IMG/VR virus record: IMGVR_UViG_2693429518_000021
Direction: 5' to 3' (one strand)
Length of the DNA stretch: 42,445 nucleotides
From: a virus
Lineage: Duplodnaviria; Heunggongvirae; Uroviricota; Caudoviricetes
Shown: piece by piece, positions 29,686 through 39,643 of the stretch
Layout: every line of letters begins with the position of its first letter
How positions within the stretch are numbered: position 1 is the stretch's first letter
Translations under genes and position numbers: made by a program
The notes under the pieces: model-generated
Told to the model about the DNA's origin: nothing
What the model saw: only the letters and a program-made list of their open reading frames with translations
Database searches by the model: none

Positions 29686-30126
29686 ATGTCTACCTATTCT
29701 TTTATGGATGTCACTGCGACGCTGACCGGGCCGACAGGTTCGATTGACCTCGGGTACGGTTCGGCAAGTTCTGAAGAGGGGATTGTGGTTGCGATGGGCG
29801 GTCCTAAAAACACCATGACCATCGGTGCTGATGGCGAAGTGATGCACAGTCTCCATGCAGATAAAAGCGGGACGATTACCGTTAACCTTCTGAAGACATC
29901 ACCGACAAATAAAAAATTGTCGCTGGCGTATAACGCACAGAGCCAGTCTTCTGCCACATGGGGGAATAACGTTATCGTGATCCGCAACAAGGTCAGCGGC
30001 GACATCATCACGGCACGCAGTGTTGCGTTCCAGAAACAACCGGATAACGCCAACGCTAAAACCGGTAATACGATGCCGTGGGTGTTTGACTGCGGCAAGA
30101 TTGACCAGGTTCTCGGGGAGTTTTAA
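29686..30126 (+). CDS. Tail tube protein
   Basis: 146-aa ORF between sheath and chaperone. Confidence 0.55.
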   Translation: MSTYSFMDVTATLTGPTGSIDLGYGSASSEEGIVVAMGGPKNTMTIGADGEVMHSLHADKSGTITVNLLKTSPTNKKLSLAYNAQSQSSATWGNNVIVIRNKVSGDIITARSVAFQKQPDNANAKTGNTMPWVFDCGKIDQVLGEF

Positions 30127-30129
30127 TGC

Positions 30130-30582
30130 ATGGAATTCGAAATTAAAGGCGTGAAATATCGCACGGCAAAACTCAGCGTTTTTGACCAGCTGAAAGTGAC
30201 CCGCAAACTTCTGCCGGTGCTGGCAGGAATGATGTCAGATTTCGGGAGTATTCGCTCCCGTTTGCCTGCTGACGGCAAAATCGACACCGTGAAATTCGAA
30301 CAGTTAAAACCGGTGTTTGAAACCATGCTCCCGCGTATCGCTGAGGAACTGTCTTCCCTGACCGAAGATGACACCGATGCGATTATTCATCCCTGTCTTG
30401 CGGTGGTATCGCGGCGTCATATGGACGGATGGGTGCCGGTATTTACCCAGGGCGAACTGATGTTTGATGATATTGACTTGCTGGTCATGCTGCAGCTGGT
30501 GGCGCGGGTGGTCGCCGATTCGCTGGGAAATTTTTTGCCTACACCCCTTACCAGCACGACGCAGAGCCTGCAACAAGGCTGA
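30130..30582 (+). CDS. Tail assembly chaperone (short form)
   Basis: 150-aa ORF immediately upstream of the tape-measure gene, with a slippery site near its 3' end. Confidence 0.6.
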   Translation: MEFEIKGVKYRTAKLSVFDQLKVTRKLLPVLAGMMSDFGSIRSRLPADGKIDTVKFEQLKPVFETMLPRIAEELSSLTEDDTDAIIHPCLAVVSRRHMDGWVPVFTQGELMFDDIDLLVMLQLVARVVADSLGNFLPTPLTSTTQSLQQG

Positions 30583-30770
30583 CGTTTAACAGCCTGCCGG
30601 ACGGGCTGTCCTACCTTCTCAATCCGGTTGACGCCGGGTTAATTCCTTATACAGCACTTAAAGATGGCTCTGTCGATTTGTATGACATTGCTCTCTTGAA
30701 TGACCATCTGGCGGTAAAAGCGGATAACCAGCGACGCATTGAGAAATGGAGAGAGGATAATGAACGCTGA
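30528..30770 (+). other. Programmed -1 frameshift site (A_AAT_TTT_TTG, 30528..30537) and -1-frame extension of the chaperone to stop at 30768..30770
   Basis: Zero-frame codons GGA AAT TTT TTG give overlapping heptamers A_AAT_TTT and T_TTT_TTG; the -1 frame is open from 30537 to the TGA at 30768 (AYTPYQHDAEPATRLTFNSLPDGLSYLLNPVDAGLIPYTALKDGSVDLYDIALLNDHLAVKADNQRRIEKWREDNER), overlapping the tape-measure start. Confidence 0.5.
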
Positions 30771-32748
30771 AACTATTAAAGATTTCCTCGTCTCGCTTGG
30801 CTTCAGTGTGGATGATGCAGGAGCGAAAAAGTTCGGTTCTGTCCTCGCCGGTACAACTGCAAATGTCATCAAAATGGGGCTGGCTGTTGAAGGAGCTGCG
30901 TTGTCCGTGGTGGCCTTCACGGCTAAGATCGCCTCCGGCCTGGATAATCTTTACTGGGCGTCACAGCGCACCGGCGCGACAGTCCAGGGAATTCAGTCTA
31001 TTGGCTATGCGGTTTCGCAGGTTGGCGGCAGCGTGGACGCTGCGCGATCTTCTCTGGAAAGCCTATCCCGGTTTATTCGTAACAATCCCGGTGCAGAAGG
31101 CTTTCTGAATCGCCTGGGCGTACAGACCCGTGATGCCAGCGGTAACATGCGTGACATGGCCGCTATTTTTACGGGCGTTGGACAGAAACTCAGCAGCATG
31201 CCGTATTACCGGGCTAACCAGTATGCGCAGATGCTGGGCATTGACGAAAATACCCTTATGGCGATGCGCCGGGGTGTGGGTGGCTTCTCCGGGCAGTACA
31301 GCGCAATGGCGAAAGCTATCGGCTTCAATGCTGACGAGGCGGCCAGAAGCTCCAACAAATTTATGACCTCCCTGCGTGAGTTTGGCGCGATGGCAGGCAT
31401 GGCCCGTGACAAAATCGGCTCTAATCTTGCGGGGGGGCTTGCGGGTTCGCTGGACACCCTGCGCCGCCATATCCTGGACAACTTCCCTCGTATCGAGCAG
31501 ACCCTGACGAAAGCCATAAAAGGCATTCTGGCGCTCGGGGATATTATCGGGCGGCTGTTCTTCAGACTGATTGAGGGGACATCAGGCCTTATCACCTGGT
31601 GGCAATCGCTGGATAAGCAAACGCGGGAGTTGATCTCGCTGTTTGGCGCACTGACGATTGCGCTGCGCATTCTGAACAGTACGTTCTGGATGTCGCCGAT
31701 TGGCCTCATTACCGCGCTGGCGGCGGGTATTGCCCTCCTGTGGGAGGACTATCAGACCTGGAAGGAAGGCGGCGACAGCCTGATTGACTGGGGCAAGTGG
31801 AAACCGGAGGTCGATGCCGCGCTGAAGATGGTTCGTGACCTTAAAACGACCGTTAACGACCTGGTGAAAGCGCTGGCGAAACTGCTCAATATTGACCCCA
31901 AATCATGGTCCCTGAAGTGGGATTTCAGCAACTTCATCGACCAGATGGGCGAATTCAGCAAAATGCTGAACATGATCGCCGACCTGCTCAACGCTATCAA
32001 AGATGGCCGCTGGGCTGATGCCGTCAGCATCGGCAAACAGATACTTAATCAGGGCAGCGAAAATCCGTCAGCGATGCCGATGGTTACAGACAGCGCTAAC
32101 AGTACTGCCGACTGGATTAAAGAGCACTGGGGATTCGATCCCCGCAGTGTGGGCCGGACGGTACGCGGCTGGTTTGGTGATGATGAGCCGGAACAACATG
32201 CACAGGCTACGAAACGAGGAGAACGGAATAACAATCCGGGAAACCTTAATTTTGCTGGTCAGGCAGGGGCTTCTCTTGAACGCCCGGGCGGGCGATTTGC
32301 CAGATTTGAAACTGCTTTTGATGGATTACGGGCTCTTGCTCGTCAGTTAATGCTGTACGCCGGACGGGGAATAAACAGTGTGGAGAAAATTATCTCTACC
32401 TGGGCACCTGCGTCTGATAATAACAACACAACTGCGTATATCAGGGCTGTATCGCAACGACTGGGAGTGGATCCCCGGGCTGCCCTGAATATGAGCGATC
32501 CGCAAACCATGTCAGCATTGATGAGCAGCATTATCCAGCATGAGAATGGAAGAAATATCTATTCTCGGGAGCTGATTAATAAGGCTGCCGTGGCGGGAAT
32601 TAGTGGCAAAGTGACAGAGGTTAACCAGCAAAATACCTACCACATTTACGGTGGTGGAGATCCGCACGCTGTCGGTAATGAGGTTGCACGTCGGCAACAG
32701 TCTGCAAATGCTCAGGTCATGCGAAGTAATCAGGTGAGGGTGGGTTAG
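30760..32748 (+). CDS. Tail tape measure protein
   Basis: Largest tail-module ORF, after the frameshifting chaperone; ATG 30760 preceded by GGAGAGAGG; long Ala/Leu/Gly-rich helical regions. Confidence 0.7.
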   Translation: MNAETIKDFLVSLGFSVDDAGAKKFGSVLAGTTANVIKMGLAVEGAALSVVAFTAKIASGLDNLYWASQRTGATVQGIQSIGYAVSQVGGSVDAARSSLESLSRFIRNNPGAEGFLNRLGVQTRDASGNMRDMAAIFTGVGQKLSSMPYYRANQYAQMLGIDENTLMAMRRGVGGFSGQYSAMAKAIGFNADEAARSSNKFMTSLREFGAMAGMARDKIGSNLAGGLAGSLDTLRRHILDNFPRIEQTLTKAIKGILALGDIIGRLFFRLIEGTSGLITWWQSLDKQTRELISLFGALTIALRILNSTFWMSPIGLITALAAGIALLWEDYQTWKEGGDSLIDWGKWKPEVDAALKMVRDLKTTVNDLVKALAKLLNIDPKSWSLKWDFSNFIDQMGEFSKMLNMIADLLNAIKDGRWADAVSIGKQILNQGSENPSAMPMVTDSANSTADWIKEHWGFDPRSVGRTVRGWFGDDEPEQHAQATKRGERNNNPGNLNFAGQAGASLERPGGRFARFETAFDGLRALARQLMLYAGRGINSVEKIISTWAPASDNNNTTAYIRAVSQRLGVDPRAALNMSDPQTMSALMSSIIQHENGRNIYSRELINKAAVAGISGKVTEVNQQNTYHIYGGGDPHAVGNEVARRQQSANAQVMRSNQVRVG

Positions 32749-33335
32749 TGGATATTCTCTCTACACTTTTTCATCAGCAGAGCAGAAAAATAGGAATGAT
32801 TGTTCCCTGTGTTGTTATTTCAGAGAAGCATACAGATATGCTTGAAATAACAGAGCATCCGGTAGAGGTCGGGGCCGCTGTCGCTGATCATGCCTATAAA
32901 AAACCGTCAGAAGTGGTGATGGAGGTTGGTTTCGCCGGTGGTGGCGCATTGCTGGATTTTGCCAGTAACCTGACGGCTACCAGCCTGCTCGGCCTGAGTC
33001 CTCAGCAGACGTATCAGGAGCTACTGGATCTGCAGGAAAGCCGTATCCCCTTCGATGTGGTAACCGGTAAACGACTGTACAGCAACATGTTGATCCGGGC
33101 GCTGGAAGTGACGACGGACAAGACAACCGAAAACGTCCTGTCCGCCGTCCTCACCCTGAGGGAGGTCCTTATCTCCCGGACACAGCAGATTTCCGTCGCG
33201 GATAAAACCAACATGAAGGAAGGGGCCAGCACCTCGGCGGTACAGAACAGCGGCAACAAAACCACCAAGCCTCCAGATACTTCACTGCTGAAAAGCATCA
33301 CGGGTAACGTGGCGTCATTACTGGGGGGCGGCTAA
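32748..33335 (+). CDS. Hypothetical tail/baseplate protein
   Basis: 195-aa ORF, start overlapping the tape-measure stop. Confidence 0.4.
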   Translation: MDILSTLFHQQSRKIGMIVPCVVISEKHTDMLEITEHPVEVGAAVADHAYKKPSEVVMEVGFAGGGALLDFASNLTATSLLGLSPQQTYQELLDLQESRIPFDVVTGKRLYSNMLIRALEVTTDKTTENVLSAVLTLREVLISRTQQISVADKTNMKEGASTSAVQNSGNKTTKPPDTSLLKSITGNVASLLGGG

Positions 33336-33637
33336 TGGCAATTCAGGAAATTCCGCTGACAGCGGACAACCAGCAGTTCAGCATCGTCCTGGGTGGTGTT
33401 ACCTGGCGGATTAGCATCATATGGCGCGATCTGTACTGGATTATGGACCTGCAGAACGACAGAGGGGAGCCGGTAATCTCCGGTATTCCTCTCGTCACTG
33501 GTGCTGACCTGCTGGCGCAGTACGCCTGTATGGGGCTTGGTTTTAAGCTGGTGGTGGTCTGTGATGACAACACACAGGATTACCCCACAAAAACTGACCT
33601 GGGCGGTCGCAGCCATTTACTGGTATCAACGGAGTAA
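33335..33637 (+). CDS. Hypothetical tail/baseplate protein
   Basis: 100-aa ORF in the tail gene series. Confidence 0.35.
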   Translation: MAIQEIPLTADNQQFSIVLGGVTWRISIIWRDLYWIMDLQNDRGEPVISGIPLVTGADLLAQYACMGLGFKLVVVCDDNTQDYPTKTDLGGRSHLLVSTE

Positions 33638-33639
33638 GC

Positions 33640-34704
33640 ATGTCACAGAACTGGATGAGACATTTCGAGCTGCAGCTTGTGGACGGGAACGGTCAGGGAA
33701 TTGAGCTAAGTGATTTTAAAGTGACCTTTACGATCGACTGGTTCAACATCAGCAGCGCGTCCCGGGTAGGGACTATCAAAATTTATAACCTCTCGGCAGA
33801 TACTGTGAACCGAATCACCGGGCGGGAGTTTTCGAAAGTGCGTCTGATTGCGGGTTACGACGGTATCGCGCCGGAGGTGTCGGCAAGCGACGTCGGGATC
33901 GTGCGGGAGGTTGATGCGGCGGACGTGGGCCAGAGTGATGGCCGCAACTACGGACTGATTTTCAGCGGTGAAATTCGCTACTCGGTTACAGGAAAAGACA
34001 GTCCGGTTGATTCCTACGTCCTGATTCAGGCAGCAGATACTGATCTGGCTTTTGCCACCAGTATAACCTCACAGACGCTGGCTGCCGGTTACACGGTCGC
34101 TGATGTGAACCGTGCGCTGATGAAAGACTTCGAAGCCAAAGGTGCGACCGAAGGCCTGACGCCTGAAATGCCTGCTACTGTATTCCCCCGGGGGCGGGTG
34201 CTCTTTGGCATGACGCGGCATCTAATGGATAACGTAGCCGGGCAATGTGGCGCAACATGGCAATTCGTAGACGGTCAGCGCCAGATGGTGGCGAATAATG
34301 AATATGTTCACGAAGCGATTGTGCTCAACAGCGCTACCGGGCTTATTGGCATGCCGCAGCAGACCATCGGCAACGGCGTAAACGTTCGCGCGCTTATTAA
34401 TCCGAACATCCGGGTTAATGGGCTCATTCAACTGGATCAGGCTTCCGTATATCGCACCGCGTTGTCGAACAACGATATCGCTATGGCTGGTGGGCAGATC
34501 ACCGACCAGAACACGGACGGAAATATTACGCTAAGCGGCACCACATCGCAGCCTGCCAGCATCGCAACGGATGGCGTTTATATTGTGCGCGGGATTATGT
34601 ACACTGGCGATACAAGGGGCCAGGCGTGGTACATGGATATGATGTGCGAAGCGCGCGGTGCGCAGGATATGCCATCCAGCACTGCTTTTCAGAGAGGATT
34701 ATAG
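33640..34704 (+). CDS. Putative baseplate hub/tail protein
   Basis: 354-aa ORF between the tape-measure region and the baseplate V/W/J genes. Confidence 0.45.
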   Translation: MSQNWMRHFELQLVDGNGQGIELSDFKVTFTIDWFNISSASRVGTIKIYNLSADTVNRITGREFSKVRLIAGYDGIAPEVSASDVGIVREVDAADVGQSDGRNYGLIFSGEIRYSVTGKDSPVDSYVLIQAADTDLAFATSITSQTLAAGYTVADVNRALMKDFEAKGATEGLTPEMPATVFPRGRVLFGMTRHLMDNVAGQCGATWQFVDGQRQMVANNEYVHEAIVLNSATGLIGMPQQTIGNGVNVRALINPNIRVNGLIQLDQASVYRTALSNNDIAMAGGQITDQNTDGNITLSGTTSQPASIATDGVYIVRGIMYTGDTRGQAWYMDMMCEARGAQDMPSSTAFQRGL

Positions 34705-34706
34705 AA

Positions 34707-35054
34707 ATGAAACGATGGATATTTTCATTGCTGGCATTAGTGTCTGTTGGTGTAAGTGCAAACACCATAACGATGCAATGCGGCAACTTTCGTATGGATG
34801 CGATCCCTGATTCATTATTTAAAATCAATGGCGAAACAGTAACGTCCCAAAAAGTAAAAATGTTGGGTAAAGACGGTACAGGCATGCAGATCAAAATGGA
34901 CCTGATGCCTGCCAAAGATGGCAACAATTATGGGTTCGAGTATATCCATCGACCTGGCACTAAAACGCGTTTCCTGAACGTCCAGTTGTTGCAGAACAGC
35001 ATGGATGCTCCGAAAATTATTGGCTCTTTCCCGTGTAAGAAAGTTGTTGGTTGA
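34707..35054 (+). CDS. Secreted (periplasmic) small protein, accessory
   Basis: 115 aa; N-terminal signal peptide MKRWIFSLLALVSVGVSA with an AxA-type cleavage site; no convincing lipobox. Confidence 0.55.
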   Translation: MKRWIFSLLALVSVGVSANTITMQCGNFRMDAIPDSLFKINGETVTSQKVKMLGKDGTGMQIKMDLMPAKDGNNYGFEYIHRPGTKTRFLNVQLLQNSMDAPKIIGSFPCKKVVG

Positions 35055-35061
35055 TTGAGAA

Positions 35062-35616
35062 ATGAGCAAGCGTTCGTCAATAGATACAACAGAAGAACAA
35101 AAGGCAATTGAGACTATAGGCGCTGATTTTATTTCGTCATATTATAAAGATAGATATGAGGAAGCAAAATCAACATATCGTCGTCTTGAGGACAAAGTTA
35201 ACTACCTTCTTGCTATTTTAGCTGTAGAAACCTCTGCTCTACTGGCTGTATTTGGGACTGTTGATTTCAAAAGTGGGCTAAAGAGTAATTGGTTTTTAAC
35301 ATTATCTATACTTTGTGCATATCTGTGCTTTGTTTGTATTGTTATGTGCTTTTTTTTCCTATGGCGTACTTGGGGACTGAAAGATATACCAAAAATGCCT
35401 ATTCATAAGCGAAAAGAAGAGCATGATTTTTTATTTTACGGTGATAAAATTAAAACGCTTAGATACCATATGTTTCAGTATGGTAAAGCTGTTGAATTGA
35501 TCGAAAGTCTTCATAAAGAAAAGGCAGTTTACGCTCGTTATCTTTTTGAAGGAATTGCGTTATCTTTCGGTTTTTTCATATTATCGGTTACTTTTCTTTT
35601 GATAAATAAGGCATAG
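35062..35616 (+). CDS. Hypothetical inner-membrane protein, accessory (AT-rich)
   Basis: 184 aa; TM segments (YLLAILAVETSALLAVFGTV; FLTLSILCAYLCFVCIVMCFFFLW; GIALSFGFFILSVTFLLI); codon usage visibly AT-rich. Confidence 0.55.
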   Translation: MSKRSSIDTTEEQKAIETIGADFISSYYKDRYEEAKSTYRRLEDKVNYLLAILAVETSALLAVFGTVDFKSGLKSNWFLTLSILCAYLCFVCIVMCFFFLWRTWGLKDIPKMPIHKRKEEHDFLFYGDKIKTLRYHMFQYGKAVELIESLHKEKAVYARYLFEGIALSFGFFILSVTFLLINKA

Positions 35617-35619
35617 TTG

Positions 35620-35790
35620 ATGACAACATCAAATAATGACAACTCACAGCAAAGCAAGCCAACGCAAGCAGAGCAATCCATGGCTGATTATGAAAGCAGT
35701 ATAATGCTTGAAGTACCTTTTGGTGGATTGGATTACATGACAGAAAGCGTTAAAGAACCTGAGTTGGACAATTTTAAACAGAAAAAATAA
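35620..35790 (+). CDS. Hypothetical small acidic protein (56 aa), accessory
   Basis: ATG 35620 to TAA 35788..35790 (MTTSNNDNSQQSKPTQAEQSMADYESSIMLEVPFGGLDYMTESVKEPELDNFKQKK); below the ORF-track size cut-off; followed by a terminator. Confidence 0.35.
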   Translation: MTTSNNDNSQQSKPTQAEQSMADYESSIMLEVPFGGLDYMTESVKEPELDNFKQKK

Positions 35791-35811
35791 ACTTAGAGTT
35801 GTTCCTGTAGA

Positions 35812-35838
35812 CCCGCCACTTGGCGGGTTTTTTGTTTT
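35812..35838 (+). terminator. Intrinsic terminator (CCCGCC-ACTT-GGCGGG plus T-run) closing the accessory cassette
   Basis: Perfect 6-bp GC stem followed by TTTTTTGTTTT. Confidence 0.55.
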
Positions 35839-35852
35839 CAGGAGTTTATCAA

Positions 35853-36605
35853 ATGGCCATATCAGACCAGACTCGTAGCGGCGACCTTGCCGAAACATTC
35901 AAATCCGAGCGGGAAACCACAAAGAACCAGATCCGCGTCGCTTTGCCTGGCATCGTTCAGTCATTCGATCCTGACGCGGTGACGGCGGTTGTGCAGCCTG
36001 CTATTCGTTCGGTTGAAACCGACAACGACGGCAACCGCGTAACCAAAAATTACCCGCTGCTGGTGGATGTGCCGGTGGTATTTCCGCGCGGCGGCGGCTG
36101 CACGTTAACTTTCCCGGTAAAAGCCGGCGATGAATGCCTGGTGATTTTTGCCGATCGCTGCATCGATTTCTGGTGGCAGAGTGGCGGGATACAGGAGACG
36201 GTCGATGACAGAATGCATGATTTATCGGATGCGTTTTGTATTGTCGGTCCCCAGTCGCAGGCAAGGAGGATTAGCGGTATTAATACCAGTGCCACACAGT
36301 TGCGTAGTGATGACGGCAGCACCTATTTTGAGCTTAATCCTGATACCAGGAAAATTAAAATTGTCGCTCCGGGTGGTCTTGATGTGGTTGCCCCTCTGGC
36401 TGATTTTTCTGAGAAAGTAACCATTCATGGCCTGTTAACCTGGATGGGGGGCATGGTGGGGTCTGTGGTTTCTGGTGTGGCTTCAAAAATCACTGGTGCT
36501 GTTGAGTTTTTGGGGAGCGTGAAGGCTAACGGCAAGCCAATCGATGATACGCACACTCATGGCGGTGTTCAGCGCGGTGGAAGCAATACCGATAGGGTAA
36601 ACTGA
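35853..36605 (+). CDS. Baseplate assembly protein V-like (spike)
   Basis: ATG 35853 (MAISDQ...) preceded by CAGGAG; C-terminal HTHGG motif resembles P2 gpV/Mu gp45-type spikes; the track start at 35820 lies inside the upstream terminator. Confidence 0.6.
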   Translation: MAISDQTRSGDLAETFKSERETTKNQIRVALPGIVQSFDPDAVTAVVQPAIRSVETDNDGNRVTKNYPLLVDVPVVFPRGGGCTLTFPVKAGDECLVIFADRCIDFWWQSGGIQETVDDRMHDLSDAFCIVGPQSQARRISGINTSATQLRSDDGSTYFELNPDTRKIKIVAPGGLDVVAPLADFSEKVTIHGLLTWMGGMVGSVVSGVASKITGAVEFLGSVKANGKPIDDTHTHGGVQRGGSNTDRVN

Positions 36606-36958
36606 TGCGATACAGACGTGAAGACGCCGATGGCGATTACACCTTTGGCAGCGGTGATGACACCTGGCTGATTAACTCACCGGAGGCCGTGGCGCAGGCG
36701 GTAAAAACGCGATTTGAATTGTGGTATGGGCAATGGTTTCTCGACACCACCGAAGGGACCCCGTGGATCCAGTCTGTGCTCGGTAAGCAGAAGCCGGAAA
36801 CCTACAACCTGGCGATCCGTAAGCGCATCCTCGAAACGCGGGGCGTTAAATCAATCCTCTCTTTCAATACGACGGTGGATACCACGACCCGACGTGTCAT
36901 GTTTTCCGCTGAAATCGACACTCTCTATGGAATAACGACTGTTAAATCGGAGGCGTAA
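36605..36958 (+). CDS. Baseplate protein W-like (gp25/GPW family)
   Basis: 117-aa ORF between V-like and J-like genes; assignment by size and order. Confidence 0.5.
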   Translation: MRYRREDADGDYTFGSGDDTWLINSPEAVAQAVKTRFELWYGQWFLDTTEGTPWIQSVLGKQKPETYNLAIRKRILETRGVKSILSFNTTVDTTTRRVMFSAEIDTLYGITTVKSEA

Positions 36959-38157
36959 TGGCTCTGAACCTTGATTCTCTCGGTTTATCTGCAAAGGTAA
37001 CCGCGGAGGGGATCAGTGCGCCTGATTATCAGACGATACTCAGCACCCTGATTAGCTATTTTCAGCAGATTTATGGCAGTGATGCCTACCTCGAACCGGA
37101 TAGTAAAGACGGCCAGATGGTGGCTCTGATGGCGCTGGCGATTCATGATGCCAATAATACTGCGATAACTGTCTACAACTGTTTTTCACCGGCAACCGGC
37201 TATGGGGCCGCACTGACCAGTAACGTGAAAATAAATGGTATTTCACGTAAAGGCGCGACGAATTCTACGGTTGATTTGCTTCTTACAGGAACTGCCGGAA
37301 CAACCATCATTAATGGCAGCGTGAAAGACAGTAATAGTGTGATATGGCGTTTGCCTGCTTCAGTGGTGGTCGGCGTGGATGGTACAGTGATGGCGACCGC
37401 AACATGTTCCGTCAGTGGTGCAGTGGCGGCGCTGGCTGGAACTATCACTGAAATTAATACGCCAACCCGTGGCTGGGTTTCGGTAACTAATCCTGCTGCG
37501 GCTACTGTTGGCTCTCCGGCAGAAACTGATGCGGAGTTACGTATCCGCCAGTCGCAAAGTGTTGCGTTGCCATCAATAACCCCATTTGAAGCACTGGATG
37601 GTGCTGTTTCTAATGTTACCGGTGTAACCCGCCACAAACTCTATGAAAACGATACTGGTTCGGAGGACGGTAACGGGTTACCGCCACACTCTGTTGCTGT
37701 AATTGTGGATGGCGGTGATGTGATGGATATTGCTCAGGCTATCAGAGGGAATAAAGGCCAGGGGACAGCCACTCACGGTACAACATCCGTTACGGTTCCG
37801 GATAAATACGGCAATCCCCATGTAATCAAATTCTCGCGTTCCAGTGATGTGCCTGTTTATGCCCGGATTAAATTAAAAGTTTTTACGGGTTATACCTCAC
37901 AGATAGGGCAGCAGATCCAGCAGGCTATTTCCGACTATATCAATAGTCTGATGATTGGTGATTCGGTCCTTTTAAGTCGCATTTACTCACCGGCGAATCT
38001 TGGCGTGGTGAGTGGCGGGAATGCACGCTATTACGATATTCAGGAACTGACGATTGGGAAATCTCCGGGGGCTTTGTCGTCATCAAACATTGATATCAGA
38101 TACAACGAATCTGCGTCCTGTACCCCGGAAAATATCGTTATAACGGTGGAGTCATGA
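36958..38157 (+). CDS. Baseplate J-like protein
   Basis: 399-aa ORF in the V-W-J-I-fibre order; its last ~140 codons lie in the duplicated module. Confidence 0.6.
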   Translation: MALNLDSLGLSAKVTAEGISAPDYQTILSTLISYFQQIYGSDAYLEPDSKDGQMVALMALAIHDANNTAITVYNCFSPATGYGAALTSNVKINGISRKGATNSTVDLLLTGTAGTTIINGSVKDSNSVIWRLPASVVVGVDGTVMATATCSVSGAVAALAGTITEINTPTRGWVSVTNPAAATVGSPAETDAELRIRQSQSVALPSITPFEALDGAVSNVTGVTRHKLYENDTGSEDGNGLPPHSVAVIVDGGDVMDIAQAIRGNKGQGTATHGTTSVTVPDKYGNPHVIKFSRSSDVPVYARIKLKVFTGYTSQIGQQIQQAISDYINSLMIGDSVLLSRIYSPANLGVVSGGNARYYDIQELTIGKSPGALSSSNIDIRYNESASCTPENIVITVES

Positions 38158-38834
38158 GCAAATACACCGAACTAATCACGAACTACCACGCCACCAAACC
38201 TAAATTTCTTGCACATGTTGATCTGATGACCCGGCCGCTTATTGATGTTGCGGCGGCCACCAGAGGGCTGATTACTGCATTTGATATTGACTCTGCGGTT
38301 GGTGTGCAACTTGACATTCTGGGATTGTGGATCGGACGTAGCCGTGTTGTCAGCCAGCCTATCTCAGGTGTTTATTTCAGCTGGGATACCGACGGGCTTG
38401 GATATGATCAGGGTGTATGGCAGGGACCATACGATCCTGATTCCGGATACATGTACCTCAGCGATGAAACTTATCGTGTCATCCTTAAAGCGAAGATTGC
38501 GATTAATAACTGGGACGGACGGAATGATTCGCTTCCGGCAATTCTTGACGCGGCAACAGCAGGATCCGGGCTGCGAATGCAGATAGTCGATAACCAGGAC
38601 ATGACGATATCGGTCTGGGTCTTTCCTGATACTGATATTTCAGATGTATCGCGTGAGTTAATTGCGGCAATTAAACAGGGGTATCTCACAGTAAAAGCCG
38701 CCGGGGTATGGGCGGGGGGCATTGAAACTCCTTCGGTGGAAACCCCATCGGAAGGCTCAAAATTTTTTGGTTTTGATATGGATAACGAATTCATCAGTGG
38801 TTTTGATGTAGGAGCATGGGGAGTATTACTCTGA
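38154..38834 (+). CDS. Baseplate/tail protein I-like (copy 1)
   Basis: 226-aa ORF; translation identical to 39972..40652. Confidence 0.5.
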   Translation: MSKYTELITNYHATKPKFLAHVDLMTRPLIDVAAATRGLITAFDIDSAVGVQLDILGLWIGRSRVVSQPISGVYFSWDTDGLGYDQGVWQGPYDPDSGYMYLSDETYRVILKAKIAINNWDGRNDSLPAILDAATAGSGLRMQIVDNQDMTISVWVFPDTDISDVSRELIAAIKQGYLTVKAAGVWAGGIETPSVETPSEGSKFFGFDMDNEFISGFDVGAWGVLL

Positions 38835-39643
38835 TGGCGAAAAATGACTTTAAAGCGTTTGCAACTGATCGAAATGCCAATGTTATGTCGCAGGAGGAAT
38901 GGGAAGCGTTGCCTGCGCTTTTATCCGGATTTACAGCAGGGAAAGCATCCAGTGCGCAGGTGAACAAAGCCATTCGACAGGCCAGCTTTATTGCTGCAGC
39001 TCTGGCCCAGTTTGTAAGTGACAAAACGCAACGGGATGTGCTTGATAATGGTGATCTGCCCGGTTTTGTTGAATTGCTGGGATCGGGGTTTGCTGTTGAA
39101 TACCTGAGCCGCAAGAATCCGTTTGGCGATATCAAATCGGATGGCACTGTGCAAACGGCTCTCGAAAACCTTGGTTTGGGAGAAGGTTCTGCATTACCTG
39201 TTGGTGTGCCTGTTCCGTGGCCTTCAGTCACACCGCCAACAGGCTGGCTGAAATGCAACGGTGCGGCTTTTTCTGCTGAAGAATACCCGGAACTGGCAAA
39301 GGCTTACCCGACCAATAAATTGCCTGATTTACGCGGTGAATTTATTCGTGGCTGGGATGACGGTCGCGGGATTGATACTGGTCGCGCTTTGCTTAATTGG
39401 CAGCCACACACAATTTTGGACCATGCACACTATATGGAATTATGGACAGGGGACGGACTCGCCGCAGGAAGTGCACGGGAAGGAGTAAACCCAGGAATAC
39501 TGGCTACATACGGTGACGGGGGAATAGTTAAAACGGACGAACCCGGTCTTAAAAGGCTATCAGAGGGAATAAAGGCCAGGGGACAGCCACTCACGGTACA
39601 ACATCCGTTACGGTTCCGGATAAATACGGCAATCCCCATGTAA
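38834..39643 (+). pseudogene. Tail fibre gene, copy 1: constant N-terminus plus truncated collar-domain variable cassette, fused out of frame to the duplicated J fragment
   Basis: First ~117 codons identical to fibre copy 2; from 39186 a different C-terminal cassette with tail-collar-like motifs ([23 protein letters not shown]); the frame crosses the junction at 39553/39554 and ends after ~30 unrelated codons. Confidence 0.5.
39159..39184 (+). other. hix/gix/cix-like DNA invertase crossover site, copy 1 (CTCTCGAAAACC-TT-GGTTTGGGAGAA)
   Basis: 26-bp imperfect palindrome with the AAACC-NN-GGTTT core typical of Hin/Gin/Cin sites (from memory); copy identity ends 1 bp after the site. Confidence 0.55.

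Larger units (their letters stand above)
37736..39185 (+). repeat. Tandem direct repeat, copy 1 (1450 bp, identical to 39554..41003)
   Basis: Identity runs from 37736/39554 to 39185/41003 (offset 1818 bp); confirmed at both junctions by eye and by identical translations of all ORFs inside. Confidence 0.85.

Noticed and set aside
30739-30759. Upstream ATG (30739) offered by the ORF track as the tape-measure start
   Set aside because: The ATG at 30760 has a strong Shine-Dalgarno (GGAGAGAGG) and sits after the frameshift-extension stop; the 30739 start has no RBS.
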